This document shows, one piece after another, positions 27,274-41,037 of a stretch of 64,000 nt of DNA; the first letter of the stretch is position 1; each line of letters opens with the position of its first letter. Source of the DNA: Paramecium tetraurelia (taxonomy: Eukaryota); assembly GCA_000165425.1 (NCBI GenBank), contig CT868163.1, forward strand, positions 186,001 through 250,000, given 5' to 3'. The position numbers and the translations under genes are program-made. Under the pieces are notes generated by a model. It was not told where the DNA came from, did not search any database, and saw only the letters and a list, made by a program, of their open reading frames with translations.

Positions 27274-29139
27274 ATGAGAGTACGCTTACAATCAGAATTA
27301 GTAAAAGATCAAATTATGCCAGCCTTAGAGACTTTAAGGAAATCGACTAAATTTTTCTCTCCTTTCACTTAAAAATAATTGATTTTGTTTTAGGAGTACT
27401 TCAGATTTTTAAGTTTCAAAGAGAAAACATAAATTACAAGAAGAGGGGAGCCAGTAGATTTTCTTGGATTTATTTTGAAAGGATAGGTACATGGCTTTGT
27501 AGAGAATCAGCATAAAATAACATTGGCAGAAGGGGATTGTTTAGGTCATATGGCTTGTATGAAATTAGCAGGGTATCAAATAAATTCTTATATTTAAGAT
27601 GTGAAGTTTAGCAAATTGACTATTTTGCAAAAGAAGATGGATATATAGCAATAATAAGATTGGATGATTTAAGAACTTTATAGAAACGTGATTCAGAGTT
27701 CTCAACCTTTATTTATAAACAAATTTCACTTTTTACATTGAATTCAGTCTCATAATAATATTTAGGTTAAGAATATTAGAGTATTCCTGAGTAAACAATA
27801 GTTGAAACAACAACTAAAAAAATAATGTTTATGTTAGATTAATTAGGTGTTAAACCAGATCCTGAGCCTAATAAAAAAAAAAAAGAAAAATAAATAATGG
27901 AAGAACCAAGAAATCTTAGATTCTTTTGGAATCAATTAGAATAAAGAGATAAGCGTGCTTTTGTCTAAAATTGCACTTTGATTGAAACAAAAACTTAAGA
28001 GCTCTTAGTCAGAGCTCATTAAGCATCAAATGTTTTTTATATAGTTTTAGATGGTGAATTAATTGAATTTCAATAGAATTAGCCATCTGTTATATTCAAA
28101 CAAGGAGATACCATAGGATTAAAGCAATTTCTGATTAATGCAAATTAAGAAAACAATATAATTTCTAGAATGAAATGCTTATTATTAAGAATAACAAAAT
28201 CAAATTTAGATGATATAGCAACTGTTTCAGGACAAAGTGTTTGTTCAATTATAACTATGTTAACAAGATTTGAAGCCTAGAAACTTAAGGAATTATTTGA
28301 AAAATAATTCAAAGATGAATAACAAGGATTATAAAGAAAGGTGGTGGCTTTAGTAGATGAATTATCTCATACATTTAAATCGGTGAGTAAAAAAGATTAA
28401 TAAAGCGCGTCCTAATTGATGAATAATTTTTTTGAAATTGATGTGAACAAAATGAAATAGGATGATAAAAGTGCAGCATCGCAATTAGAAAAATAAATAA
28501 TTGCTCCATTATACTTGTTAGATGTATATAAAGATCTGGTTGCAAAAAGATATTATTAGCCAAACGAAGTTAAGGATAGGAAGGATCCTATGTTTGAAAG
28601 TGGATTAAGTATATTTATCAGAGACAAGCTAAGTGAGTAAAGGACATAAGCCTAAAAAAAAAAGGAGGAATTGAAAAAAGCTCGTAAATTGGGGAAAACT
28701 ATTAAGGAAGAAGATGATGATATAGAAATACACATGGATCCAAATTAATTGGTATTAGAAGAACTTAATAATGATTATTATAAGATCGTAGATGAAAGAG
28801 ATAAATTTTAAGAATATACTTACTTATTGGAATAGCAAATAAAATAAATGAAGGATGAATTTAAGGAGATGAAAGAAGAGCATTAACGGATGTAAACTCA
28901 AATTAGAAAGAATGAAATGCATAAGGAATTATTAACCTTGGATTTAGCTTCATAATTGTTGCAGCCAACTGATAGAACAACCAAAAAGAAACATACATTA
29001 TATGATAATGTAAATTATAAATCCTATTAGTATCCAACAGTATTTGGTACAAGTTCAAGAAAACAAAAAATTCAAAAAAACTGTTCAAGTGGCAGAGAAA
29101 GTGTTAACAATGAGTTAATTGCATAAATTGTAATCTTGA
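27274..29139 (+). CDS. Tandem cyclic-nucleotide-binding-like domains plus C-terminal coiled coil
   Basis: ITRRGEPVDFLGFILKGQV...LAEGDCLG and LVRAHQASNVFYIVLDGEL...FKQGDTIG cNMP beta-barrel patterns; 3' end depends on a 31-nt intron. Confidence 0.7.
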
Positions 29140-29252
29140 TCTTCTAACGATTATCAATATTTATATTTCTTTAATAAATGGGCCATTTATTTTTCTATAT
29201 TATGCTTAGAATTTTTCAATTAGAAAAAATATATTATTTTTTATTTTTATTT

Positions 29253-30510
29253 ATGTAGTAAAGCGAACCATTAAAGCTTGATGAGAACGATGATTAAGAA
29301 TTTATCAACTTGTAAAATACTCATTAAACAGGCGAAGAATCACAAAACAAACTCAAATCTAATTTATTGAAATTGTAAAAAATATATTAAGAATGCAAAT
29401 GCCCATCATGTTAATTATTATTTGAAGAGCCTATAACTATAGTTTGTGGTCATACTTTCTGTAGGGAATGTATTATTCGATCAGTTAATCTAAAACCCTA
29501 ATGTCCAGAATGCTTGTATTTATAAAATTAATAAATTAGATATCCTATTACAAATATTATCAATAACATTCAAGAAAACTTTTTAGTTAAATCAGTTGTA
29601 AAAGAAATTAATGAATTATTTATTGCATAATAATAAAAAAAAGTTAAACCTCGACTTTTTGATCAAATTATTGCTAAGCGAATTTAAGAGAATATTATAA
29701 AACAATATTTGATTTTTGAAACTAACTCTTTAATTATTCCCTACACTATTTAAAATGTGAAACTCCATATAAACTAATTCAAAGATTTAAATGAAGACTA
29801 AATATATAAAATCTTAAAAAGAGACTCTTTAATATTACTGACATATCCTAATAAAAACCAATCAATTTAAGAAGTAAATTTATGATTAATTCTTGTAGAC
29901 TGCTACTTTGGTTATTGTTATAAAGGCTGTAATAAATTCTAAAATGATTGATTTAAATGTTCACGTTTAATAGTAAATGAGAGTATTACAAATCAAATAA
30001 GAAACATCTCATATAGAAAAAGAGATCACATTAAATATTGCAAAGGTTTAAGAAATCAAAGAGGAGCCAATAATTTTCAATTTCTAAACTGATTAATAGA
30101 TTAAATATTTAATTGATACTGTAAGTTAGTAATTGGCTTATCATTTACCTGAAAATATTGACTCATATACTAATAAATATTTGAAAGATTTTTTCCATAA
30201 ACTTCAATTATTTGAAATACTTAGGAGTAATATATTAAGGAATGAGAAAGCCTTAAAACATATTAGTTATGTTATCCCCTCTATATTACATTTAACAGAT
30301 CAAGAGAGAACTAGAATTTTCAATTCCAATAATAGCATTGAGAGACTGATTCAAATTACCAAAATATTGGAAAGATTTTAATATATTACAAACCCATTAA
30401 TGGTTTTCAAAATTCCAGGCGACAAGGAAAGAATTAATTACTAAGCTGAATTTCTAATAATTATTGTATTATTGATTCTTGCATTTTATTACAGAGTCAT
30501 CGGATTCTGA
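29253..30510 (+). CDS. RING-HC plus LON-substrate-binding-like (LONRF-like) protein with C-terminal TM
   Basis: CPSCQLLFEEPITIVCGHTFCRECI...CPEC; LIIPYTI; helical tail ERTRIFNSNNSIERL; hydrophobic end FLIIIVLLILAFYY. Confidence 0.75.
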
Positions 30511-30546
30511 GGAGTTATTATTTGTTTAATTATAATAATAAATAAA

Positions 30547-32344
30547 ATGAATAATTAATTTGAGATTATAAAAAAGGTTTGGGCATCAAAGAAAATTTTG
30601 TCCTTTTTTAAATATCAAAGACTTGTGAATAAAAGGTTGAATGAGCTAATAAAAGAATAAGAACCAAAAATTCAAATTTTTCTTCAGTTACAAGAAAATA
30701 AAGAGTAATTAGGGAATTCAAATAAGTAATATACAAAAGTATCCACTAAAGCTTTAGAAGATGAAGTAAGCCTTCTGAAACCATTAATATTACTCAATAA
30801 TAGAAACATAATTAACAATTAGAAGTATTTACTAGATATTTTATCAATAATTCACTATTCTACAAATGACGACGAATCTACTTATGTAGAAAACACTTTA
30901 AAGAATCCAAGCAAAGTTAATGAGCAGAAATAAGTAGTATTTTTATCTAATTTTTAGTTATATAAAATACTAGAATTGGCTTTTGTAATTCTTTAAAATT
31001 CAATATAGGAAACAGTTTAATAATAAATTTTAATCGGGTTAGATTCCATATTAAAATCAATGATTAAATGTTCATCAAATAATCCTCAAATATTATTAAC
31101 CTTGAGATAATATTAAAAGTATAGTAGGATTATGCAATGCACAACTTCTTTTTAAGGAATAAACTCTTTCATAAAAGCTATAACATCCTTTGATTGCAAA
31201 TTAAAACTAGATTTGACACCAGATACAATTGAAAAAACTCTAACTAATGTATTACAACAATTAGATTGCGTAATTTGTTACAGCTCAATGACTAATCCTG
31301 TATCTATGAAATGTGGACATAGTTTTTGTAAAGCATGTATGGTTCAAGATTAGAGTAATAATTAAAAGAGATGTCCAATTTGTAGGTATTATTAATGAAA
31401 TATTTAGAATGGAATAGATGGATGAGATTTACTTAAGTGAAAACAATAAATTCTTAACAAAGTTGATTTAACTTAAAAATAGCTTCTAGAGTCAGTCAGA
31501 TATATGGTAAGGAGATGATACCTAAGCATAATATTATATTCACATAAAACCACAAAGAAAAGATGCTTATGAAAACAAAATTGTATTAAGAACAAAGTAA
31601 TCACTCAAATATTTAATTGAGGAAGAAGTTGAAATAGATACAATGAAATTTCGATCGCTCAGCACACATTAGTTTCAATAATTATTGCAGTAACACCTTA
31701 TTTTTATTCTTATCGATAAAAACGAAAATGCCTATTTGGTGAAAAATATATTGACACATATAAGAAAGAGCAAGGCTATAATTAAGGTTTAATATTAGGA
31801 TAAAATCCAAATTGCGCATTAATATTACTCTCACATTTTCCTTAATATTTAAAATGTAGAATATATATTTAACTGCTTATTTGCAACAGCGATTACTTTA
31901 GAAGATCAATATATAGATCTTAGTAAGATCGAAATTCTTAAGCAATTGGATAACTCGATAAGTAATATAAAAGAATTCTTTAATCAGGTTCTTCGAAATT
32001 AGTAGTAAGATTAAACTTATTAAACTATTCTTTCATTCTTAACAATAGTAGGATTTTGGAATTTATAGAATTCAGATATAATTAGCAATTATGATGAAAT
32101 GAAAAAATATTCATATCTGATTCCAAATATTTTAAGAATACCTGAAAAGGAAAGGGAGAAGATTTAGAAGACTAATAACTTAATAATAAGGTTGCAATTG
32201 ATTGAAGAAAGTCTAAACAGATTCAAATAATGCTCAAACTTATTAATGATAATTAGTATTCCAACACAGAATAAAGATTCTAACAGAAATATCATAATTT
32301 TTATTGTAGTATTTTTATTATTGTCATTTACCCTATAGTTGTGA
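30547..32344 (+). CDS. Second RING-HC/LONRF-like protein with C-terminal TM
   Basis: LDCVICYSSMTNPVSMKCGHSFCKAC...CPICR; tail EREKIQKTNNLIIRL; hydrophobic end IIIFIVVFLLLSFTL. Confidence 0.75.
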
Positions 32345-32387
32345 TTGTCATAAATTTATATCAAATATCAATTATAATTATTCAATT

Positions 32388-35300
32388 ATGAATCAATAAT
32401 CCCTTCATGTTCCTACAACCTAAAGTAGACAATCAATCACTTATTAAACTACCTCAGGAATAGCAACTAGTACTGAAAGGTAATTATTTATATCTAATTT
32501 AGACGTATAAGTGACAATATATAAAACGGAAGAAAAAGTGTCCTTTTTGAAGATAAGTATCTACTATTGAATATATAGACGATACGAGGAAATACTTCAA
32601 GATAATCGAAAGTTGAAAGAAGTGATTGAATAATTGGATAAGGATAATTAGCAATTAAAATAAATGTCAGGGGAGAGTTATAATCTTAAATAGAAATATA
32701 TGATTACTTAAGCAGAATTAGAGGCTGCATAATAGGAATTAGCAAAATTAAGAACTCAACTCTTGATGAGAAATTCTTAAGATGCCGAACAATCGACTCT
32801 CGTGACAAGATGCAAACAAGATGTATCTGCAATGACTCAACAATAAATCAAATATTAACAAGGTAATAACTTACTTAATTTCTAAGAAATATCATAGTTA
32901 AATGCTATGTTAGAATAATAGAAGAAATAGGTTGAAGAGTTTTTAAGATTAAAAAGTAAATATGAACAGGATATCCAAACATATAAAAGTAGGGCTTAGA
33001 CATTAGAAATGGAGATTAAGTAAGTGAAAGAACATAAGAACTCTTAAACTTAAAATGAAATTCTAAGATTGACTTAGGAAATTGCAAGATATCAATCTGA
33101 GGTATAGATTCGATCATCAGATAAAGAATTATATGAAAGAACAATACAGACATTAAATGAGAAAATGAAGGAGATGGATATGGACATTCAGATATTGATA
33201 TAAGCACATAATCAGAATCAGTTGAAACTGGAATCTGCTATGGCTGAATCAAGAAGTAATATGTAGTATCAAATTGATAAACTAAAATAAGAGATGATAT
33301 TCTATTAAACTTAATGTCGATAATGGTAGGAAAAATGTCAAACTGCTGAAATATAAAAGGAGGAAAGCGAAAGAAGAATTATTTAGATGGAGATCAGAAT
33401 AAATGAAACGAAAAAGTAAATTGAGTAATAGTAAAACGATAAAATATAAAGAGAAAGTTACCAAATTCATACTATTCAAAATGACCTCGAAGGTTGGAAG
33501 TAAAAGTACATTTCCTTAGAGATTAAAATGAAAGATTTTGAAAATTATAGAATGAAAATAATTGAATTGGAAGAATAATTGAATAATTTAAAAAATGATA
33601 ATTATTAAAAGTAAGAGGAAGTAGAAATCCTGATTTCAGAAATTAAATAATTACAAGAATAAAATTATGGATATCGCTTAAGCATAACTTAATTAGAGAA
33701 TCAAGCCAGAAACAGCATTGGAAGTGATAGATATAAATCTTAGATTAGAACTTTAGAAAACACTATTAATCAATTAAATCAACAGATAAATGCCTATAAA
33801 ATTGAAACTAAAGAACTTGAGCAATAAGTGATGTATCATTAGAACAAGGACACAAATGTTGATTATTTGGTCAGAGAAAAAGATGAAACAATTTCAAAGT
33901 TGTAATATAAATTGAATAATATGGAAAAAGAACTTCGGATTATTTTTGAAGAGTAACTTAAAATAGAATAATAAGATTGGGATAGACAAAAATAATAATA
34001 AATAGATAGTCAATTAATAAAGATAACCAAAAAATATGAATCTGAAATCTCCACTTTGAAGTAACATTTTTAGTCATTAGAAATAGAGAATCAATCATTA
34101 AACAACAAATATGAACGATTAAAGAAAGAAGGAGAAATTGGTTTCTAAAGATAATCAGAAAAAGAAAAAAGTAGAATCATTGAACTTGAAAGATAAATAA
34201 TTTAATTAGAGAATTAACTATCTTTTTAGAGAAAAGAATTTTCAATGAAAATTGAATAAGCTAATTAGTCTAATTTAAAGGAGTATTATGAAGCTTAACT
34301 TAAATAGATTAATGAAAAATTAATTAGGGAATAAAATTAGGTTTAATAATTGAATGATCATTTGATAATAGAATAAAAAAGTACTCTCGATTTAGAAAGA
34401 AGATACTCTAAAGAAATTAAAGATTTTAAATAATAATAGGAGAAGAGAATTGAATTTTAATAAACAACATAATATTAATTTGAATTAGATAATCATCTGA
34501 GAGACTTGGAAAAAATGAGAAAAGAATATAGAATAATTGAATAACAATATCAATAAATGGAAGTTCAGGTAAAATTATGGAAGGAAAAATTCTATGAAGA
34601 ATAATAAAAGCATCAAGAAATTAGGCAATAGTATATAGAAATTAGATCTTAAATTGAATCTAATACAATTATGAATACACATTCAGACTTTGATAAATAA
34701 AGAATTTAAGAGCTCGAAATGGAATTATTTTAACAATAGGAAGAGATTAGAATTAAAGAAAAAAAATATCAAGAGTTAATTACAACATACACTTTGTAAA
34801 TAGATAAGCAGAAATCTAATTTGGATGAGTTCAAGAGAATAAAACAATTAGAATATGAAATAGAATCATTTAAAAATAAATGTAGAGATTTAGACAGATA
34901 ATTAAAGGATAAGTAATTGGAATTTGATGCATTGCTCTAAAGAAAGTAGGAAGTCAAACTGTAAACTATTGAAGTTTCCTCATAATCTGAAAAATTTAAG
35001 ACTTAAGAATTAGAATCTTAAATAACATCCTTAAAATTGTAGTTGTAATAATTAAATAGTTCGAAGTAAGAGGTTATAAGAGAGACAATAAGAGAAACAG
35101 TTCAGATTCGAAGCGCAGAAGATATCAAGCTTATTGATTAACTAGAGGAAGAATTATAATTGTGGAAAACTAAATATTATGAGCTGGATAGAAGAAGAAA
35201 TTAAGTTGTTGTTGAAACAATTAAGGAGGTTTCATCTCTTGAAAGGGATAGATAAAAGATTTATTAATTAGAATGTTAGCTTCAATAATTAGCCTAAAAA

Positions 35301-37433
35301 AAATAAGAAGTAATTAGGGAATATGTAACAGAAAAAATAGAGGTTCCATTAGAGTCTGATTAAATAAGAATAAGGCAATTAGAAATTCAATTAAGTAACA
35401 TTCAAAGAGACTATTAAATGTTAAGTTTAAGAAAATAAGAAATTTTGAAGGAAACTATCACAGTTGAAGTTTCATCATAAGCTGATAAAAACCGCATCTA
35501 ATAGTTAGAAACGCAGTTAAGCTAATTATCATCCGAATTAATGGTCTTGAGACTGAAAAAATAAGAAGTAATCAAAGAGACAGTGATAGAAAAAGTAGAA
35601 GTCTCAATGGAATCAGATAAATTGAGAATTAATCAGTTACAGGAACAGTTAGAAAGATTACAGAGAGATTATTAAATTTTAAATAAGAAGAAACAAGAGG
35701 TAATAAAGGAGACAATCACAGTTGAGGTTTCATCTTAAGCTGATAAATTGAAAATTTAATAATTAGAATCATAAGTATCTTAATTAAGAACTGAGTTGCA
35801 AATAGTAACATAAAAAAAATTAGAAGTAATAAGGGAAGTAATTACAGAGAGAATAGAAGTTGCTTGTGAAGCTGATAAATATCGAATCGAATAACTAGAA
35901 TAATAATTATAGAATTTAAACAAGAGTTACGAGGTTCTCAGTAAAAAGAAGTAAGAAATAATTAAAGAGACAATAACAGTAGAAGTTCCTTCTTAATCAG
36001 ATAAATTTAAGATTTCATAGCTTGAGACATAGGTTTAATAATTAAGATAGGAAATTTAAATCCTAACTTTGAAGAAATAAGAAGTTATTAAAGAAGTAGT
36101 AATAGAGAGAGTAGAAGTTCCTTCTTCAGCAGATAAATTCAGAATTCAACAATTAGAATAACAATTAAATAACCTAAGATTGGAATTGTAGGTTGTAGTA
36201 TAGAAGAAATAAGAAGTTGTTAGAGAAGTAATTACTGAAAAAGTGGAAGTTAGTAAGGAAACTGATAGAAAAAGAATTTTAGAATTAGAGTCGGATTTAT
36301 TTAGATTATAATAAGACTACATTAATTTGAATAAAATTAAATCTGAAATAATTAAGGAGACTTTTACAATTGAGGTACCATCTTCTGTTGATTAATTTAG
36401 AATTTAATAATTGGAGATATAATTATAATAAGCAAAGAGTCAATTAGAATAATAGTTAAATTATTCATAACAAGAATATTTTGCGTTGAACTAAAAGATG
36501 TAAGAATAAATAAAAGAAACGATTACTGTTGAAGTACCATCTGAGTCTGATAAGTATAAAATAAGATAACTAGAATCTTAATTGCTATCCATTTAAGAAG
36601 AATTAAATGAAATTCAATTAGAAAATTAAAATTTACATTTCGAAATCAGTAGATTGGAATAAGAAAATAGACGACAAACTGATATTATTTAATAATTAGA
36701 ATCCTAAATAAGAAATCAATTTTCTATCAAGGATTTTTAAAGTTAATTATCTAATAAAGATAAATAGATTTTGTAATTATAGGACAGCATTTCAGGATTA
36801 CAAGCTACAATTAGGACTCTAAGAGGAGAAAATTAGACAATATCAGAATAAACAAATAGACAATAAGTATCTGCAAGGGAGTCATAAAAGTAATTTCTTA
36901 ATTATCGATAGCAGTTAAAAGTTTTTGGAGTTAGAGACAAGAATATAGGGACTTAATCAGGAAATCTCAAGACAGATTTTGATGAAGGATTAGATCTAAA
37001 TTCAATATGATGACTTAGTTCAGAGAGTAATCTAGAAATATGATATTTAGGCCACCAAGTATGAATAAGAGATAAATCTGTTGAGGAACTAATTATAGAA
37101 GAAAAGAAACACTTCAACATATGATGGACCTATAGTTTCTAAAACATTTGAAATTCATAAAATTGGAGAGGTTGCAAACAATGGAACAGGGTTAGTTTCA
37201 GGATTCAATTTAGAAGATACTTAGAAAATTAAATCAATAGTGAGTACATAATAACTAAAATCTGAAGTATCATTTTAATTATCAAACTTTTAGGAGTCAT
37301 AGTATACAATGAAATCAAACTCATTAGTATAGCCATTTAATCCTTTAAGAAGTGATGTATAGATTATTTATATTTGTAGTTAATTAAATCTAAGGCTTAA
37401 TTGAATCGAATGGAAGATAAGTTTTATAAATGA
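32388..37433 (+). CDS. Giant coiled-coil protein (about 1640 aa) with an internal repeat array
   Basis: About 5 kb open in code 6 with four tiny introns; Q/E/K-rich heptads. Confidence 0.85.
34941..36600 (+). repeat. About 13 coding repeats of 42-44 aa (KKQEVI[KR]E.[IV].EV.S..DK.[RK]I.QLE.Q)
   Basis: For example RKQEILKETITVEVSSQADKNRIQQLETQ, KKQEVIKETVIEKVEVSMESDKLRINQLQEQ, KKQEVIKETITVEVSSQADKLKIQQLESQ. Confidence 0.9.
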
Positions 37434-37465
37434 ATTTTTATATTATATACATTATATTTTTATAG

Positions 37466-38199
37466 TCATTTCCAAAAGATTTATCCTTTAAGTCCAATCT
37501 TTACACTTCCATTATCTTCTAATATAAAGGAGGAGACTCCGCAATAATCAATCCAATCATTATTATGGAACTTTTCAATCGTTAAACTCAAATCAACAAC
37601 TCCTTGATGTGTGACACAGATATTGATTGTATTAGTTTTATTTGGAAGTTTTGTCATTTGAGTTTTAAGTTCATGCATGAAAGCCTGAATTCTCTTGAAA
37701 CATAAATTATCATTCTCTGGAAAAACAGGTTAGGGTAGATTAGGATTTTTAATAAATCTTTCCTTTATAATTTAAACTCCATTTTAATACTCCTTTGTTA
37801 GGACTGGATGTTATTCAGTTCTAATATGTAGTTTATCAAGAATGTTTGAAGAAAAGTCGTATGTATACATTAATTCTCCAATTTCATCTTAAATATATAG
37901 CTTTGAATTATTAGGGATTTCCCTCATCAGATTAATGGAGGTTTAAATGCATCTAAGAAATGGTGAAGTCATAAAATTCTAAGGTATAAAACATCAGATA
38001 CGATTTATATGTCTTTAAGTTGAATTTGTTTTTGATTTGCATACTCTTATATTACTTTATTTAAATGGGCACCTGTCATTCTTGCTTATTTATCTCCTTT
38101 ATGGGTAAGGTTAGGATCAAATGATTTTTACATTCTTTTTCTCTCTTCAATATCATTTGTTTAATCAGCTCTCTCTCCATGTCGAACAAAAAATATCAT
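37466..38199 (-). CDS. Histidine phosphatase (phosphoglycerate mutase family)
   Basis: MIFFVRHGERAD, DPNLTHKGDKQA, TSPFLRCIQT, ICVTHQG, IDYCGVS; ends IFWK*. Confidence 0.9.
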
Positions 38200-38217
38200 A
38201 ATTAAATATTTTAATAA

Positions 38218-38916
38218 TCACTTCCAAAATGTTTTAGCTTTAAGGGTCAATTTAGGATTTTGCCAGTTTTCAGGAAAACATATTGTTGTCAAAGAACAAT
38301 AGTCAATATTCTTGCATTTTCCGTCGTAATGATCTAATACAATCTCTTAAACTCCAAGATGGGTTGCACAAATATAGATATAATGATTCTTATTTGTAAA
38401 TGCGTTGGCATATTTTTAAGTTTAGATTAAAAATGACCCTACTCTAGCTCTGCAGTATACTTAATCTTCAGGATATTTTAATTCAATATTTATGCCTTTT
38501 ATAAAATTTTGTTTCCAAATTTCTACTCCATATAGTTTACTAAATTTTCCTAGTATCTTTTTATCTTGATTAATTTAATAGTGTTCTTTCAAAGGTTCCT
38601 ATCTGTAGAGATGAGGCAATTAAAGATCACTTAATTAATTTTAAATGTATATCTTTTTGTTTTCAGTTGGTAAGTATTACATAACAATTGCTAGAGTTTC
38701 TATACATCTTATGTTTTGGGATGACATGAATACAAAAACCAATTCTTTAGGATTTAATTTTTGGGAGTTGATGTGTTCATTTATAATCTATTTTAATGCC
38801 TAACCCGTTTATTTTGCTTGTTCCTCTCCTTTCCCAGATAATTTGAGATCTGGATCCTAATTAAGTAAGAAATCTGTTTATTCACTAGGCTCCCCTTCGC
38901 TTAAAAAAACGAGCAT
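38218..38916 (-). CDS. Histidine-phosphatase paralogue lacking the catalytic RHG (SEG)
   Basis: MLVFLSEGEP, DLKLSGKGEEQA, SSQNIRCIET, ICATHLG, IDYCSLT; ends TFWK*. Confidence 0.8.
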
Positions 38917-38941
38917 ATGTTAATTATAATAAAATGATTAT

Positions 38942-40107
38942 TCATAATTTTGAGTCTTCAATTTAGATTTCTTTTGGACCCTTATAATAGTAATACTACT
39001 ATAATATTTGAGATTTATCTTTCTTCAAAGAGTTTAATTCTTAATCGTAGACACTCAAACCCACTAACTAATTTTGTCTTACAATTTTACTTTTAATCCA
39101 TTATAATCAGATACAGATCGACCTTTGTCATAACCATGTTTATTTTTGATATCCGAAATCAACTTCTGAGGATTCGGTATCTCTAATAAATCCCTGTTTG
39201 GTATTTATTCCAATAAATTCTATTTTAGTTATAGTCTTTCCTATTCTTCTTTTTGAATAATTTTCTTTTTTATAAACCAAATACACTACTTAAGGCATAT
39301 ACTGAGATCTTAATCTTTGATGCCAAGTTATAACTGGGTTTTTCGATTCCTCAGGTTTTAATTCTTCTAACATATCCAAAGAGTCCAAACGAGATCTATA
39401 CTCTAGCATTTTTATATAAGAAAATACAAGCCTATCTTTCAATTAAAGTGGTTGAATTATTTTTCATTCGAGAACTGATTTTAGTAGATAATTCATTCCA
39501 CACTTGCATTTGCTTCTCATGTTTACTTAATGCTCTTTCATGTTGAGTTTTCAGTATCTTTTCAGTTACTGAAATTTTCTAAAGTTGATCTTGTGCTTAC
39601 TTTTCATTATTCTTGATTATTTTCTATATTTTTTCCATAGTTTATATTAACTCAAATTTATCAAGTACTTCAAAATTGGTATCTCCAACTTTTTGTATAG
39701 TTTGTTATTAATTTTTTATATTTTTTTTGCTTCTATAGGATGAATTTAGACTTGATGGTTCATTAGTATTGGCTAAAAGAATAACCATAATATATAACTT
39801 CTTGTTATCTTCTTTTACAAATTAGATAACTTTACAGGTTAACTAAAACGAAGAGGTTTTTCGAGCTCATGTGCTTGTTTATTGAATATATCCACTTTGC
39901 CAACTATTGATCGAGACTAGATTTCATTTGTTGAATTCTTTTGACTAAAATCTAAAATTTGATAATCAGGACTCTAAGCTAATTGATGACTGCTCTTTTA
40001 CTTTGGAAAATGTTACTAGAATGTAAGTCTTAATCAGCAAAAGGCCAACTCATTTGACTTTATTCTCCAACTACTTTTCTAAGAAATAAAGTATGCTTCC
40101 TTTTCAT
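38942..40107 (-). CDS. Hypothetical protein (5' structure uncertain)
   Basis: Long code-6 frame ending GPKEIQIEDSKL*; I could not find a canonical junction to the ATG at 40107. Confidence 0.5.
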
Positions 40108-40467
40108 TCTTTAAGATAAAATATTTTATAATATCAATTAAATAATATAAATTTAGAGATTTATATATCTTTGCCTAGTCTTGTAATTCAGGATTTGTAG
40201 CTTCTCAGATTACATATTCTATTAATTTTTATTTGAAAAAGTTTCAAACTAAAATATTAGCTTTTAAATCAAATAAACATTTACAATATATATAATCCTC
40301 TTCTTATAATTGAGATTAAATGATATTCTATATTTAATTTGATAGTGTCTTAGGTTAGTTTTTGTTTGTTAAGGAGTTTATAAATAGAAATGATATATAT
40401 TGTGAGGCCAAGAAATCAAATGTAGTAATTATTCACTTATTAAAATCTTTTTTTAAAATATAATTAA

Positions 40468-40934
40468 ATGGTTAGCAGATTAAGAAAATGCAGAAAGATG
40501 AGAGGACATGTCTGCCATGGTTATGGTAGAGTTGGTAAGCATAGAAAACATCCAAGTGGTAGAGGTGTTTCAGGAGGTTTGACTCATCACAGAATCAACT
40601 TCAATAAATATCATCCAGGATATTTCTAAAAAGTATCTAAAACATATATGTATAGACTGGAATGAGACATTTCCATTTAAAGAAGAACACACTTCATAAA
40701 CCAGTTGTTAATATTGACAAATTGTGGTCTCTTGTTACAGACGAAACTAGAGAAAAATATTCCAAATCAAAAGATAAGGCTGCAGTCATTGATGTTACAA
40801 AGGCAGGCTATTTCAAGGTTTTGGGTAAAGGAAGATTACCAAATCAACCAGTTGTTGTCAAGGCTAAATTCTTCAGCAAAACTGCAGAGAGAAGAATCAA
40901 GGCTGTTGGTGGAGCATGTATACTTGTTGCCTGA
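40468..40934 (+). CDS. RPL27A: 60S ribosomal protein L27a (uL15)
   Basis: [33 protein letters not shown]...YHPGYF.K/TGMRHFH...[12 protein letters not shown]...[12 protein letters not shown]; one 23-nt intron. Confidence 0.97.
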
Positions 40935-41037
40935 TACATTATATACATTAAAACAACATTTGTCAATGTCTTTAGAATTATCTTTTGGGTACTTCTATTC
41001 TTTTTATTTTTTATTTTAAATTGTAATATTTAAGAAA

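Noticed and set aside
34941..36600. CRISPR-like or transposon repeat array
   Set aside because: Repeats are degenerate at the DNA level and conserved as protein, so this is a coding repeat in a eukaryotic gene.
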